DNA of 62,151 bases from Rhodoferax sp. (GCA_044339205.1 JBIIVW010000001.1:1-62151); one strand, 5' to 3'; positions 1-10,087 are shown, numbered from the stretch's first letter. Made by a program: numbers and translations. Notes: a model not told the origin generated them from the sequence alone.

Positions 1-159
1 GCTTCCATGGGTGAGCGGGCGCAGGTGGCCGAGTCCATTGACTTGCTGGTCGCCCAAGTGGTTGCGCAGGCCCGCCCCGGCGACCACCTGGTGTGCATGA
101 GCAATGGCGGCTTTGGCAGCATCCACCTCAAACTGCTGGAAGCACTTCGAAATCAATAG
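1..159 (+). CDS. mpl: UDP-MurNAc:tripeptide ligase (murein peptide ligase), 3' end only
   Basis: Frame 1 reads ...ARPGDHLVCMSNGGFGSIHLKLLEALRNQ*, the characteristic Mpl C-terminal MSNGGFG motif. The stop is TAG at 157-159. Confidence 0.88.
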   Translation, partial: ASMGERAQVAESIDLLVAQVVAQARPGDHLVCMSNGGFGSIHLKLLEALRNQ

Positions 160-206
160 CTACCAAGTCAATAGGTTCGCCGGCTAGAGGCCAAAATGGC
201 CTCTTA
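143..206 (+). repeat. 64-bp dispersed bipartite motif; supplies the mpl stop codon
   Basis: cacttcgaaatcaatagc-N18-gccggctagaggcc-aaaatggcctctta. Confidence 0.85.
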
Positions 207-224
207 ACCCTCTAAGTCAGCTGT

Positions 225-1364
225 TCAACGTGCGCGACGGGCCACAACCGCCTGCGACAGCACCTCAAGCGAGGCCAGCGAGTCGTCCCAGCCCAGGCAA
301 GCGTCGGTGATGCTCTGGCCATACGCCAGCTTGGAGGCATCGTCTTTGCCGGGCGTGAACTTCTGGGCACCGGCCTTCAAGTGACTCTCCACCATCACAC
401 CAAACACGCTGGTTGAACCGCCGGTAATTTGGCTGGCGATGTCTTTCGCCACTTCCAGTTGCTTCTCGTGCTGCTTGCTGCTGTTGGCGTGGCTGCAATC
501 CACCATCAAGGTGGCAGGCAGTTTGGCCTTGATCAGATCCTGGCAGGCCGCCTCGACGCTGGCGGCGTCATAGTTGGGCGCCTTGCCACCGCGCAGGATG
601 ACGTGGCAGTCCGGGTTGCCGTGGGTTTGCACAATCGCCACCTGGCCGTTTTTGTGTACCGACAAAAAGTGGTGTCCACCAGCTGCAGCCTGAATGGCGT
701 CGGTGGCTATTTTGATATTTCCATCGGTGCCGTTCTTGAAGCCAATCGGCGCCGACAGGCCGGAAGCCAACTCGCGGTGAACCTGGCTTTCGGTGGTGCG
801 CGCACCAATGGCGCCCCAGGAGATCAAGTCACCCAGGTACTGGGGAGAAATCACGTCCAGAAACTCGCTGCCAGCAGGCAGGCCCAGGCGGTTGATCTCT
901 ATCAGCAACTGGCGGGCCATGCGCAGACCTTCGTCAATGCGGAAGGTCTCGTCCAGGTAGGGGTCGTTGATCAGCCCTTTCCAGCCTACCGTGGTGCGGG
1001 GCTTCTCGAAGTACACGCGCATCACGATCTCCAGCGTGTCGGCGTACTTCTCGCGCTGCACCTTGAGTTGACGGGCGTATTCCAGGGCGGCCGCAGGATC
1101 ATGGATCGAGCAAGGGCCGATGACCACGAGCAAACGGTCGTCGTTGCCGGCCATGATGTCGTGAATACGGCGGCGCGTGTCACTGATGAGCGCCTCAACG
1201 GGCGTGCCCTGAATCGGGAAAAAACGGATCAAATGCTCTGGAGGAGGCAACACGGTGATGTCCTTGATGCGTTGGTCATCGGTCTGGCTAAGGCGGTCGT
1301 TGGGGCGGGCAGTGGCTTGCGCATACCAACTGTCCGCTGGGACTGCTGTGGCTTCTGATTTCAT
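225..1364 (-). CDS. aroG: 3-deoxy-7-phosphoheptulonate (DAHP) synthase, class I
   Basis: Motifs GPCSIHD, MRVYFEKPRTTVGWKG, GARTTESQVHRE, DCSHANS and SITDACLGW. The feedback isoform (aroF/G/H) cannot be resolved from sequence. Confidence 0.95.
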   Translation of the reverse strand: MKSEATAVPADSWYAQATARPNDRLSQTDDQRIKDITVLPPPEHLIRFFPIQGTPVEALISDTRRRIHDIMAGNDDRLLVVIGPCSIHDPAAALEYARQLKVQREKYADTLEIVMRVYFEKPRTTVGWKGLINDPYLDETFRIDEGLRMARQLLIEINRLGLPAGSEFLDVISPQYLGDLISWGAIGARTTESQVHRELASGLSAPIGFKNGTDGNIKIATDAIQAAAGGHHFLSVHKNGQVAIVQTHGNPDCHVILRGGKAPNYDAASVEAACQDLIKAKLPATLMVDCSHANSSKQHEKQLEVAKDIASQITGGSTSVFGVMVESHLKAGAQKFTPGKDDASKLAYGQSITDACLGWDDSLASLEVLSQAVVARRAR

Positions 1365-1395
1365 GGTGAGGCTCCTAGGTCAAAGTAATCGAGGC

Positions 1396-1436
1396 AAAAA
1401 AGCAAAAAAAAACCGCCGGGGGTGCCGGCGGTTTTT
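1396..1436 (-). terminator. Intrinsic terminator of the DAHP synthase leader (attenuator)
   Basis: The minus strand reads AAAAACCGCCGG-CACCC-CCGGCGG-TTTTTTTTT, about 40 nt upstream of the start codon. Confidence 0.85.
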
Positions 1437-1466
1437 GGAAGATCAGGACGTTTTTTTCAGGTACGT

Positions 1467-1535
1467 TCAGAACTCTCTACCGCCGCAGGCGCTTGAGAAC
1501 CAAAAATAGCTAAAGAAAAACTGAACCGAATTCAT
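1467..1535 (-). CDS. Aromatic-rich leader peptide, 22 aa: MNSVQFFFSYFWFSSACGGREF
   Basis: Hand translation gives 6 Phe, 1 Tyr and 1 Trp. It lies directly upstream of the terminator and DAHP synthase. Confidence 0.85.
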   Translation of the reverse strand: MNSVQFFFSYFWFSSACGGREF

Positions 1536-1571
1536 GGATAGGAATGTAGCACAGTGGGGCTTGAGCCTGGC

Positions 1572-3032
1572 TTACGCCGTGCCGCCCACGGTCAAACCGT
1601 CAATACGCAAGGTGGGCTGCCCCACACCCACCGGCACGCTCTGGCCCTCTTTGCCACAGGTGCCTACGCCGCTGTCGAGTTTCATGTCGTTGCCGATCAT
1701 GCTGACGCGCTTGAGGCATTCCGGGCCGCTGCCAACCAGGGTGGCGCCTTTGACGGGGTACAAAATCTTGCCGTTTTCCACCCAATAGGCTTCACTCGCT
1801 GAAAACACGAACTTGCCCGACGTGATGTCGACCTGCCCGCCACCAAAATTGGTGGCGTACAGGCCCTTCTTGATGCTGGCGACGATTTCTTCAGGTGATT
1901 TGTCGCCACCGAGCATGTAGGTGTTGGTCATGCGCGGCATGGGCACATGGGCGTAGCTCTCGCGCCGGCCATTGCCGGTGGGCGCCACGCCCGTCAGGCG
2001 GGCATTCATGGCGTCCTGGATGTAACCCTTCAGAATGCCGTCTTCAATCAGCACATTGCGCTGGCTGGCATTGCCCTCGTCATCCACATTCAGCGAGCCG
2101 CGACGGTCGGCAATGGTGCCGTCATCCAGCACGGTCACACCTTTGGCAGCCACTCGCTGGCCTACACGGCCACTGAAGGCGCTGGACCCCTTGCGATTGA
2201 AGTCACCTTCCAGACCATGCCCGATGGCTTCATGCAACAAGATGCCTGGCCAGCCCGATCCCAGCACCACGGTCATTTCGCCAGCCGGTGCGGGCCGCGC
2301 CTCCAGGTTGGTGAGGGCTGCCTTGACGGCCTCGTCCACATACTGACCAATGATGGCATCGTCAAAGTAGGCGAGCCCGAAGCGGCCACCACCCCCGGCA
2401 GACCCCATTTCACGGCGGCCTTTTTGTTCGGCAATGACGGTCACGCTCAAGCGCACCAGAGGGCGCACATCGGCCGCCAGAGTGCCATCGGCGCGGGCAA
2501 CCATCACCACATCGTATTCAGCAGCCAACCCGGCCATGACTTGCGCCACACGCGGGTCTTTGGCCCGGGCGAGTTTCTCGACTTTTTCCAAGAGCTTGAC
2601 CTTGGCCGTGCTGTCCAGCGTGGCAATCGGGTCCAGGCCTTTGTACAAGGAGCGGGCCGAGGCTATTTTTTTGGTGGCCGTCTTGATACGACCCATCTGG
2701 GCCGCGCTGGAAATAGTGCGCACCGTGCGGGCGGCATCCAGCAACGAAGCCTCCGAGATGTCGTCCGAGTAGGCAAACGCGGTTTTCTCGCCACTCACGG
2801 CACGCACGCCCACCCCTTGGTCGATACTGAATGAGCCGGTCTTGACAATGCCCTCCTCCAAGCTCCAGCCCTCGGAGCGGGTGTACTGAAAGTACAGGTC
2901 CGCTTCGTCCACCTTGTTCGCCTTGATTTCAGCCAGGGCGCGGGACAAGTGGGACTCATCCAGCCCAAACGGGGTGAGCAAGAGGGACTTGGCAACGGCC
3001 AAGCGTTCGATGGTGGGTTCGCGAGAGATCAT
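1572..3032 (-). CDS. tldD: Metalloprotease TldD
   Basis: HEAIGHGLEGD and PMPRMTNTY motifs, C-terminal GCGKEGQSVPVGVGQPT, 486 aa. Confidence 0.96.
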   Translation of the reverse strand: MISREPTIERLAVAKSLLLTPFGLDESHLSRALAEIKANKVDEADLYFQYTRSEGWSLEEGIVKTGSFSIDQGVGVRAVSGEKTAFAYSDDISEASLLDAARTVRTISSAAQMGRIKTATKKIASARSLYKGLDPIATLDSTAKVKLLEKVEKLARAKDPRVAQVMAGLAAEYDVVMVARADGTLAADVRPLVRLSVTVIAEQKGRREMGSAGGGGRFGLAYFDDAIIGQYVDEAVKAALTNLEARPAPAGEMTVVLGSGWPGILLHEAIGHGLEGDFNRKGSSAFSGRVGQRVAAKGVTVLDDGTIADRRGSLNVDDEGNASQRNVLIEDGILKGYIQDAMNARLTGVAPTGNGRRESYAHVPMPRMTNTYMLGGDKSPEEIVASIKKGLYATNFGGGQVDITSGKFVFSASEAYWVENGKILYPVKGATLVGSGPECLKRVSMIGNDMKLDSGVGTCGKEGQSVPVGVGQPTLRIDGLTVGGTA

Positions 3033-3041
3033 CTAAGTATT

Positions 3042-3932
3042 TTAGGGCTTGGGGTTTAGCCACTTGAACAACGCGGCATCATCTTCATGCGCCAGGCCGG
3101 CTCGGGCGGCCCCATCGAACACATCGCGTACGCGCGCGCCTAGCGGGCCTTCAAAGCCGGCGGCCATTGCGGCCTGGATGGCCAGACGCGTGTCTTTTTG
3201 AAGCAGCGTCATGTGGGCGCGGGGCTCAAAGTCGCCAGCAATGGCGCGGCGCATCCGGTCTGATCCGATCCAGCTTTGCCCGCTGGACTGCTCGATCACA
3301 GCCAGCGTGGCCGCCAGATCGAGGCCCATTTTTTGGGCCATCACCATCACCTCAGCGGTCCCCACAAGGTTGATGCCTGCTGCCAGGTTGTTGACCAGCT
3401 TGGTGCGAGCCCCGTCGCCCACCCGCTCACTGATGCGGTGCACCTTGTTCGACAAAGCCTCGAACAGGGCTTGATGGCGCTCAAAAACCTCGTTGGCGCA
3501 GGCCACCATCAGGCTCATGCTGCCCTCGCGTGCCCGGACCGGGCCGCCCGACATGGGCGCATCCACCGTGTGCACGCCCAAGGAGGCCAGGCGCCGGGCC
3601 AAGTCTTCCACCTCATCCGGCGCCAAGGTGGGGCACAGCATCACCACCTGACCCGGTGACAGCGCGGGGGCGATTCCCTGCGGCCCGAACAGCACCGCCT
3701 CAGTCTGCTCGGCGTTCACCACACAGACGATGGTTACTACTGAATCAATAGCTGCCTGAGCATGATTGATGCCGGCTAGAGCCCCAAAAGACACCAAACC
3801 TTGTACTTTGGCCTCATCCAGATCCACCACCCGGACCGGCCAGCCCAGCGCCAGCAAACGGTGCGCCATGCCAGCACCCATATTGCCCACACCAATCACT
3901 GCAATCGGAAACCGGGGCGCAAGGGTAGTCAT
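3042..3932 (-). CDS. NAD(P)-dependent oxidoreductase, 3-hydroxyisobutyrate dehydrogenase family
   Basis: IGVGNMG Rossmann motif, DAPMSGG, KLVNN and KD motifs. The real start is ATG 3932, overlapping the rodA stop (ATGA). Confidence 0.88.
   Translation of the reverse strand: MTTLAPRFPIAVIGVGNMGAGMAHRLLALGWPVRVVDLDEAKVQGLVSFGALAGINHAQAAIDSVVTIVCVVNAEQTEAVLFGPQGIAPALSPGQVVMLCPTLAPDEVEDLARRLASLGVHTVDAPMSGGPVRAREGSMSLMVACANEVFERHQALFEALSNKVHRISERVGDGARTKLVNNLAAGINLVGTAEVMVMAQKMGLDLAATLAVIEQSSGQSWIGSDRMRRAIAGDFEPRAHMTLLQKDTRLAIQAAMAAGFEGPLGARVRDVFDGAARAGLAHEDDAALFKWLNPKP
3735..3798 (+). repeat. 64-bp motif copy, antisense within the oxidoreductase CDS
   Basis: tactactgaatcaatagc-N18-gccggctagagccc-caaaagacaccaaa. 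Confidence 0.85.
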
Positions 3933-5083
3933 GACTGCACCAAGCGTTTCGACTTGGAAATGGACATCAAAATCCCCAGCGCCAGGCCCAGCGTCACCAT
4001 GGCCGTACCGCCGTAGCTGATGAAGGGCAACGGCACGCCCACCACCGGCAAGATGCCACTGACCATGCCCATGTTCACAAAGGCGTAAGAGAAGAAGATC
4101 ATCGCCACGGCCCCGGCCAGCAGGCGGGAAAACACGGTGGGCGCCTCCAGCGCGATGACGATGGCGCGCAGCACCAGAAAAATAAACGCCGCAATCAGCA
4201 GCAGGTTGCCAAACAGGCCAAACTCTTCCGAGAAAGCCGCAAAGATGAAGTCGGTGGTGCGTTCGGGGATAAATTCCAGGTGGGTTTGCGTGCCCTGCAT
4301 GAAGCCCTTGCCCCAAAAGCCGCCCGAGCCAATGGCAATCATGCCCTGAATGATGTGGAATCCCTTGCCCAACGGGTCTTTGCCGGGGTCGAGCAAGGTG
4401 CAAATCCGCTGCTGCTGGTAGTCGTGCAGCACGGCCCAGCGCACCCCTTCAGCACACAACTCCGGCTCGAAAAACACCAACAGGCTCATGCCCACCAAGC
4501 CCAGCAGCACGGGTGGCACGATCAGTTTCCAGCTTAGGCCGGCAAAAAAGATCACCGACAAACCCGCCGCCAAGACCAGTAATGAGGTACCCAAATCGGG
4601 CTGCTTCATGATCAAGCCCACCGGCACCATCAGCAACACGCCCGCTACCAGAAAATCCAACGGGCGCAACTGACCCTCGCGCTTCTGGAACCACCAGGCA
4701 AGCATCAGGGGCATGGCAATCTTGAGAATTTCGCTGGGCTGGATGGTCACACCCACATTGAGCCAGCGCTGCGCGCCTTTTTTGGTGATGCCAAAGACTG
4801 CCACAGCCACCAGCAAGGCCACCCCCGCCACATACAAAGGCACGGCCAGTGCCATCAGGCGCTGAGGTGGAATCTGGGCCACCACGAACAGGATGAAGCC
4901 GGCAATCAGCATGTTGCGGCCATGGTCCTGAAACCGCGTGCCGTGGTCAAAACCCGACGAATACATGATCACCAGCCCCGCGCCAGCCAGCAAAAACACG
5001 GCAAAGGCCAACCAGCCGTCAAAACCGCGAAACCAGGGCGCGATGCGCTGCCACGGGTGAATACTTCCAAAATTTTTCGCCAT
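3929..5083 (-). CDS. rodA: Rod shape-determining protein RodA (SEDS glycosyltransferase)
   Basis: GAQRWL, QPSE, QPDLGT, PERTTDFIF and GVPLPFISYGG motifs. Confidence 0.95.
   Translation of the reverse strand: MAKNFGSIHPWQRIAPWFRGFDGWLAFAVFLLAGAGLVIMYSSGFDHGTRFQDHGRNMLIAGFILFVVAQIPPQRLMALAVPLYVAGVALLVAVAVFGITKKGAQRWLNVGVTIQPSEILKIAMPLMLAWWFQKREGQLRPLDFLVAGVLLMVPVGLIMKQPDLGTSLLVLAAGLSVIFFAGLSWKLIVPPVLLGLVGMSLLVFFEPELCAEGVRWAVLHDYQQQRICTLLDPGKDPLGKGFHIIQGMIAIGSGGFWGKGFMQGTQTHLEFIPERTTDFIFAAFSEEFGLFGNLLLIAAFIFLVLRAIVIALEAPTVFSRLLAGAVAMIFFSYAFVNMGMVSGILPVVGVPLPFISYGGTAMVTLGLALGILMSISKSKRLVQS
4598..4661 (-). repeat. Degenerate 64-bp motif copy within rodA
   Basis: gttggattttctggtagc-N18-gccggtgggcttga; the spacing is exact but the core is only partial. 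Confidence 0.4.
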
Positions 5084-5127
5084 TCCCGAATTATCCCGCG
5101 ACCAGCCCCGGACAGCGGGTCCGCCCT

Positions 5128-5760
5128 ATGATTTACCCCATGCAATTTGCCAACCCAAGCCCGCAGCCCATCACCCATCTGCTTTACCTGCACGGTTTTC
5201 GTTCGTCGCCGCAGTCGGCGAAAGCCCGCACGATGGCCCAGCACATGGCCGCGCAGCATCCGCAAGTTGGATGGTGGTGCCCGCAACTGCCCCCCTCACC
5301 GCAAGAGGCCATGGCCTTGGTCCTGCAAGGCATCGCGGGGTGGCCGCCTGAATCCATGGCGGTGATGGGCTCATCTCTGGGTGGCTTTTATGCCACGGCC
5401 GTCGCGCAGGCCATCGGATGCAAGGCGGTGCTGCTAAACCCGGCCGTCCATCCGGCGCGCGATCTGGCCAAGTACATTGGCGAGCAAACCAGCTGGCACG
5501 ACCCGCAAGAGCGATTTTTCTTCCGGCCCGAATTTGTGCAGGAGCTGCGCGACCTCACCCCGCCCGGTGTGACCCAGCCCGCCAGGTACCTGGCAGTGAT
5601 CGCAAAAGGCGACGAAGTGCTGGACTGGCGGGAAATGAGCACCCGTTATGAGGGTGCGAGTGTTCGACTACTGGAAGGCGGCGATCACGCCTTGAGCGAC
5701 TTTGAGGTGCACTTGCCTTCGATACTCACATTCCTGGGTCTGGCCCCAGCCGCAGCCTGA
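5128..5760 (+). CDS. YqiA/YcfP-family alpha/beta esterase
   Basis: LYLHGFRSSP, GSSLGG nucleophile, DEVLD and GGDH motifs. The start could be 5140. Confidence 0.9.
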   Translation: MIYPMQFANPSPQPITHLLYLHGFRSSPQSAKARTMAQHMAAQHPQVGWWCPQLPPSPQEAMALVLQGIAGWPPESMAVMGSSLGGFYATAVAQAIGCKAVLLNPAVHPARDLAKYIGEQTSWHDPQERFFFRPEFVQELRDLTPPGVTQPARYLAVIAKGDEVLDWREMSTRYEGASVRLLEGGDHALSDFEVHLPSILTFLGLAPAAA

Positions 5761-5802
5761 CGGCGGCAGCGAGACCAGAAATGTCGCCTTGACCGGGCCA
5801 AA

Positions 5803-7014
5803 TCAGCGACCCAGTTCCTTCAGGTAAGTTGCCCGCGCCGCCACGGCCGTGTCCGTGAAATCAGAGAACACGCCATCAATGCCCAGGCGGTAAAACTGCA
5901 GGTACTCAGCCTTGGGGTCACCCTTGTAGTCAAAGGCGAGGCGCTTGGGCTCGTTGCGAAAAGTCCAGCTGTGCACCATCAGGCCGAGCTTGTGCGCATC
6001 GGCAATCAGGGTCGTGCCCGGCTGTGAGGTGGTGTCCATGTAATTCACGGCACCGTCGCCATTCACGTCCAGCATCTTGCCGGCGGCGTCAAACGAGCCC
6101 TTGACCGGCACGATGTAGGGCTTCCACGGGCCCACGCCATCGGCGTATTTTTTGATCTCGGCCAGACCTGCCGGGGTCAGCATGGAGTCGAACAAGTCGG
6201 TTTTGCCGGCGCGGGTCCAGTCATAGGGGCGGTCAAACGGGGCGGCAAAGGTAACTTTGCCGGTCTTGAAGTCATAGTCGTCACCATCCACCAATTGCAC
6301 CAGACGAGCCTGGGTTTTAGTGCGCAGATACTGCAAGTTGGAGACTTCGAACGATTGAATGATGACTGGCGAGTCCTTTTTGGTGTAACCGTAATCGTTC
6401 AGGATGGCAAGCAAGCGGTCTTCGAGCTTGAGGTTGGCGTCCACGTGGTACGTGGGGTGCTTGGTTTCCGGATACACACCGACCACACGGCCGACCTTGG
6501 TGCCCTCGGTTTTGGCAAGGTCCAGCACCTCGCGCAGGGTGGGGATCTGGTATTTGCCATTGAGGGACTGATCGCGATCGCTGAGCGGCTGAATGGCGCG
6601 CAGTGTCTTGATTTCCGCCAGCGTGAAGTCGGTAGCAAACCAGCCTGTCTCCGAGGCACCGTCCACCAGGCGCGTGGTCTTGCGACTGGCAAATTCAGGG
6701 CGGCTGGCGACATCGGTCGTGCCGGTGATATTGGGCTCATGGCGGGCAATCAGCTCGCCGTCTTTGGTGGCTACCAGATCAGGCTCGATAAAGTCGGCGC
6801 CATTTTGGATGGCCAGTTTGTAGCCCTCCAGCGTGTGTTCAGGCAAATAGCCCGCCGAGCCCCGGTGGCCGATGACCAGAGGCTGCGCGCCATTGAGCGT
6901 CAACAATGGCGCGGGGTCACTGCCACCGCAAGCCACCAGCGCCGCAGCGCTCAAACAGGTCAGGACCAGGACAAGCCCACGGGGAGCAGAGAAAACGCCG
7001 GTTGTAGATTTCAT
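5803..7014 (-). CDS. glpQ: Glycerophosphodiester phosphodiesterase, lipoprotein
   Basis: GHRG, PEHT, IEPD, ETKHP, IQSF and GVFSDF motifs; lipobox LVAC. Confidence 0.9.
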   Translation of the reverse strand: MKSTTGVFSAPRGLVLVLTCLSAAALVACGGSDPAPLLTLNGAQPLVIGHRGSAGYLPEHTLEGYKLAIQNGADFIEPDLVATKDGELIARHEPNITGTTDVASRPEFASRKTTRLVDGASETGWFATDFTLAEIKTLRAIQPLSDRDQSLNGKYQIPTLREVLDLAKTEGTKVGRVVGVYPETKHPTYHVDANLKLEDRLLAILNDYGYTKKDSPVIIQSFEVSNLQYLRTKTQARLVQLVDGDDYDFKTGKVTFAAPFDRPYDWTRAGKTDLFDSMLTPAGLAEIKKYADGVGPWKPYIVPVKGSFDAAGKMLDVNGDGAVNYMDTTSQPGTTLIADAHKLGLMVHSWTFRNEPKRLAFDYKGDPKAEYLQFYRLGIDGVFSDFTDTAVAARATYLKELGR

Positions 7015-7057
7015 GAATCACCCATCAAGTTAAGACTCTTTACTCTAGGTTGCTCTT

Positions 7058-7097
7058 GTGACAGGTCCACGTTGTCTGCGTTACAAAACGATGAATT
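7058..7097 (-). promoter_or_regulatory. Putative Pho-box array upstream of glpQ
   Basis: Minus-strand heptamers AATTCAT (7097-7091), TTGTAAC (7086-7080) and CTGTCAC (7064-7058) fall on an 11-bp register. The PhoB consensus is CTGTCAT. Confidence 0.4.
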
Positions 7098-7166
7098 GAA
7101 GCACCTGCGACACCTGAGCGAGTCGTCGTACACGGCCGATCCGCAGGCCATGGGAGAATCACGCCC

Positions 7167-9233
7167 ATGTTTTTATTGTTTGAAGAAGCCGGAAAATTCA
7201 TGGCCGGTCGGGTGCTGTCAGAAGCGGAGTCTTCTGTACAGGTGGAGTTGGACAGCGGCAAGCGGGTCAAGGTCAAGACGGCCAACATCTTGCTGAAATT
7301 TGAAAAACCGTCGCCAGCGCAGATGCTGCTGGAGGCGCAGGCTGTCAGCGACACCATCGAGCTGGAAATGGCTTGGGAATTTTCGCCTGAAGAGGAGTTC
7401 GGTTTTGCCGAGCTGGCGCGTGACTATTTCAGTGAGCAAGCCACGCTGGCTCAGCAGGCGGGCATGCTGGTGCGCCTGTTTGAAGCGCCGCACTACTTTC
7501 GCCGCGCCGGCAAAGGGCGGTTTCGCAAGGCCCCGGCCGACATCATCGCGCTGGCTCTGGCCGCCATTGAGAAAAAGAAACAAATTGCGCTGCAAACCGC
7601 GCAGTGGGTCAAGGACCTGAGCGAGGGTACTTGCCCGCAAGCCATCCGCGACCAGCTCTACAAAATCTTGTTCAAGCCCGACAAAAACGCGGCTGAATAC
7701 AAGGCCGTGGTGGAGGCCTCACGCGCCACGCACCTGGGGCCGCTGGAGCTGCTGATCCGGGCTGGTGCCATTGACTCGCCGTATCAGTTCCACTGGCGGC
7801 GCTTCTTACTGGAGAACTTTCCGAAGGGCACGGGATTTCCCAAGCTCGAAGCCCCGCTCATCAAGGACGAGCTGCCTTTGTCAACCGCGCGGGCGTTTTC
7901 GATTGACGACTCGGCCACCACCGAGATTGATGACGCGCTCTCGGTGCAGGGCCTGGGCACCGGCACGATTGTGCTGGGCATTCACATCGCCGCGCCGGGC
8001 TTGGCCGTGTTGCCAGGCAGCCCCATTGACCAAATGGGCCGCAACCGCCTCTCGACCGTGTACATGCCAGGCTACAAAGTCACCATGCTGCCCGACGATG
8101 TGGTGCAGGCCTACACCTTGATGGAAGGGCGCGATTGCCCGGCCGTGTCGCTGTATGTCACGCTGGATGAAGCCACACTGACCATCACCGGCAGCGAAAC
8201 CCGGCTGGAGCGGGTGCACATTGGCGCCAACTTGCGCCATGACCAGCTCGACGCCATCGTCACCACCGAGTGGCTGGAAGACCCGGCGTTTGAGCACCAA
8301 ATGGACCCCCAGCCGCTGATTAACAAGCGTCCACAGCTCTCATTTTTGCACCGCCTGGCCAAGGACCTGAAAGCCAAGCGCGAAGTGGTGCGCGGCAAGC
8401 CCGAGAACTTCAACCGCCCCGATTACAACTTCAAGCTGGTTGGCAACGACGGCGCCGAGCCTCAGGGCACCGAGCAAGTAAGCATCAGCGTGCGTCAGCG
8501 TGGCGCGCCGCTGGATTTGATCGTGTCCGAGGCCATGATTCTGGCCAACAGCACCTGGGGCGGCTGGATGGCCGAGCTGGGCGTGCCCGGCATTTACCGC
8601 AGTCAGGCCTCCATGTTGCCCGGCGTCAAGGTGCGCATGGGCACCCGGGCGCTGCCGCACGCGGGCTTGGGTGTCAAAAGCTACGCCTGGAGCACCTCGC
8701 CCCTGCGCCGCTACACCGATTTGGTCAACCAGTGGCAAATCATTGCCTGCGCGCGTCACGGCAACACGGCCGCGCTGGTGGCGCCGTTCAAGCCCAAAGA
8801 TGCGGACCTGTTTTCGATCATCTCCAGCTTTGATTCGGCTTACTTTGCTTACAACGATTACCAGCGCGCGATTGAGCGCTTCTGGATTCTCAAATACGTG
8901 CAGCAGCAGGGCATCACCGAGATTGAGGCCACCGTCTTTAAGGACAACATGGTGCGCGCTGATGAGTTGCCCCTGGTGCTGCCGGTCATGGGCGGGCAAA
9001 ACCTGCCACGCGGCGCGCGGGTGCGCGTGAAGCTGGGTGATATTGATGAAGTCACGCTGGACGTGGTGGGCACCGTGCTGGAGCGCCTGGACGCCCTGCC
9101 CGAAGCGACCGATGCCACGGACGATGCCGGTGATGAAGACGAGGTCTCCGCCGGGCCCATTGCGATCGCCGTGGACATGACCGAAGGCGAAGGGGCTGGC
9201 ACGCCGCCCGCTGGCGATAATACTGCCCCGTGA
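7167..9233 (+). CDS. RNB-domain (RNase II family) ribonuclease
   Basis: FSIDDSATTEIDDA catalytic motif, EAMILAN, TSPLRRYTDL. Confidence 0.9.
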   Translation: MFLLFEEAGKFMAGRVLSEAESSVQVELDSGKRVKVKTANILLKFEKPSPAQMLLEAQAVSDTIELEMAWEFSPEEEFGFAELARDYFSEQATLAQQAGMLVRLFEAPHYFRRAGKGRFRKAPADIIALALAAIEKKKQIALQTAQWVKDLSEGTCPQAIRDQLYKILFKPDKNAAEYKAVVEASRATHLGPLELLIRAGAIDSPYQFHWRRFLLENFPKGTGFPKLEAPLIKDELPLSTARAFSIDDSATTEIDDALSVQGLGTGTIVLGIHIAAPGLAVLPGSPIDQMGRNRLSTVYMPGYKVTMLPDDVVQAYTLMEGRDCPAVSLYVTLDEATLTITGSETRLERVHIGANLRHDQLDAIVTTEWLEDPAFEHQMDPQPLINKRPQLSFLHRLAKDLKAKREVVRGKPENFNRPDYNFKLVGNDGAEPQGTEQVSISVRQRGAPLDLIVSEAMILANSTWGGWMAELGVPGIYRSQASMLPGVKVRMGTRALPHAGLGVKSYAWSTSPLRRYTDLVNQWQIIACARHGNTAALVAPFKPKDADLFSIISSFDSAYFAYNDYQRAIERFWILKYVQQQGITEIEATVFKDNMVRADELPLVLPVMGGQNLPRGARVRVKLGDIDEVTLDVVGTVLERLDALPEATDATDDAGDEDEVSAGPIAIAVDMTEGEGAGTPPAGDNTAP
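8290..8353 (-). repeat. Degenerate 64-bp motif copy, antisense within the RNB gene
   Basis: cggtgcaaaaatgagagc-N18-agcggctgggggtc-catttggtgctcaa. Confidence 0.6.
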
Positions 9234-10087
9234 ACCTCCGGTCTTTCAGCCCCCTGCAACTGGCGCTTGGCGTCTCGGTGGCCGTGCACGCGGTGCTGCT
9301 GACGGTGCGTTTTGTCGACCCCGAGGCCTTCAACCGCGTGTTCGAGGACACGCCGCTGGAGGTGATTCTGGTCAACGCCCGCACCACCCAGCAGCCGGAA
9401 AAAGCCACGGCTATCGCCCAGGCGGCCATGGCCGGCGGGGGCGATGCAGAGCGTGGGCGGGCCACCAGCCCCTTGCCTCCGGCCCTGATCTCTACCACCG
9501 GGGACGACGTGCAAGACGAGGCGCAGCGCCAGCTGGAAACCCTGCAGGAACAGCAAAACCTGATGCTGGCCCAGATCAAAAGCCAGCTTGCCGCCCTGCC
9601 CCCTCGCGACCCCAAGCGGCCTACCCTGACGCCTGAGCAGGCCGAACGAGAGCAAAAGCGGCGCCAGTTGATCAAATTGCTGGCCGAAATCGAGCGGCGC
9701 ATCAACGAGGAAAATTCCCGGCCCAAAAAGCGCTACATCAGCCCGGCCACGCGCGAAGAAAGCTACGCCGTGTACTACGACAAGCTGCGCCGCAGCATTG
9801 AAGACAAGGGCACCGAGAACTTCCCCGAAGTCGCCGGCAAGAAGATGTATGGCGAGCTGACCATGGTGGTGACCGTCAATTTTGACGGGCGCATCGTGGC
9901 CACCGAAATCGTGCAAAGCTCCGGCAACCGCACGCTGGATCGCCGGGCGGAGGCCATTGTGCGCAACGCCGGGCCTTTTGGCCGCTTCAATGACGCCATG
10001 CGCCGCAAGGCCGACCAGATTGCCGTGGTATCCCGATTCAAATTCACCCGCGACGAAACGCTGGAAACCCAACTCACCGCCAAATGA
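9230..10087 (+). CDS. TonB family protein (TonB C-terminal domain)
   Basis: N-terminal TM helix with SVAVH, C-terminal SSGNRTLDRRA motif; conserved position upstream of aroE. Confidence 0.85.
   Translation: MNLRSFSPLQLALGVSVAVHAVLLTVRFVDPEAFNRVFEDTPLEVILVNARTTQQPEKATAIAQAAMAGGGDAERGRATSPLPPALISTTGDDVQDEAQRQLETLQEQQNLMLAQIKSQLAALPPRDPKRPTLTPEQAEREQKRRQLIKLLAEIERRINEENSRPKKRYISPATREESYAVYYDKLRRSIEDKGTENFPEVAGKKMYGELTMVVTVNFDGRIVATEIVQSSGNRTLDRRAEAIVRNAGPFGRFNDAMRRKADQIAVVSRFKFTRDETLETQLTAK

Noticed and set aside
2661-2724. Possible 64-bp motif copy in tldD (ggctatttttttggtggc-N18-ctgggccgcgctgg)
   Set aside because: The left arm fits but the core matches only about GGC, so it is not counted without a PWM score.
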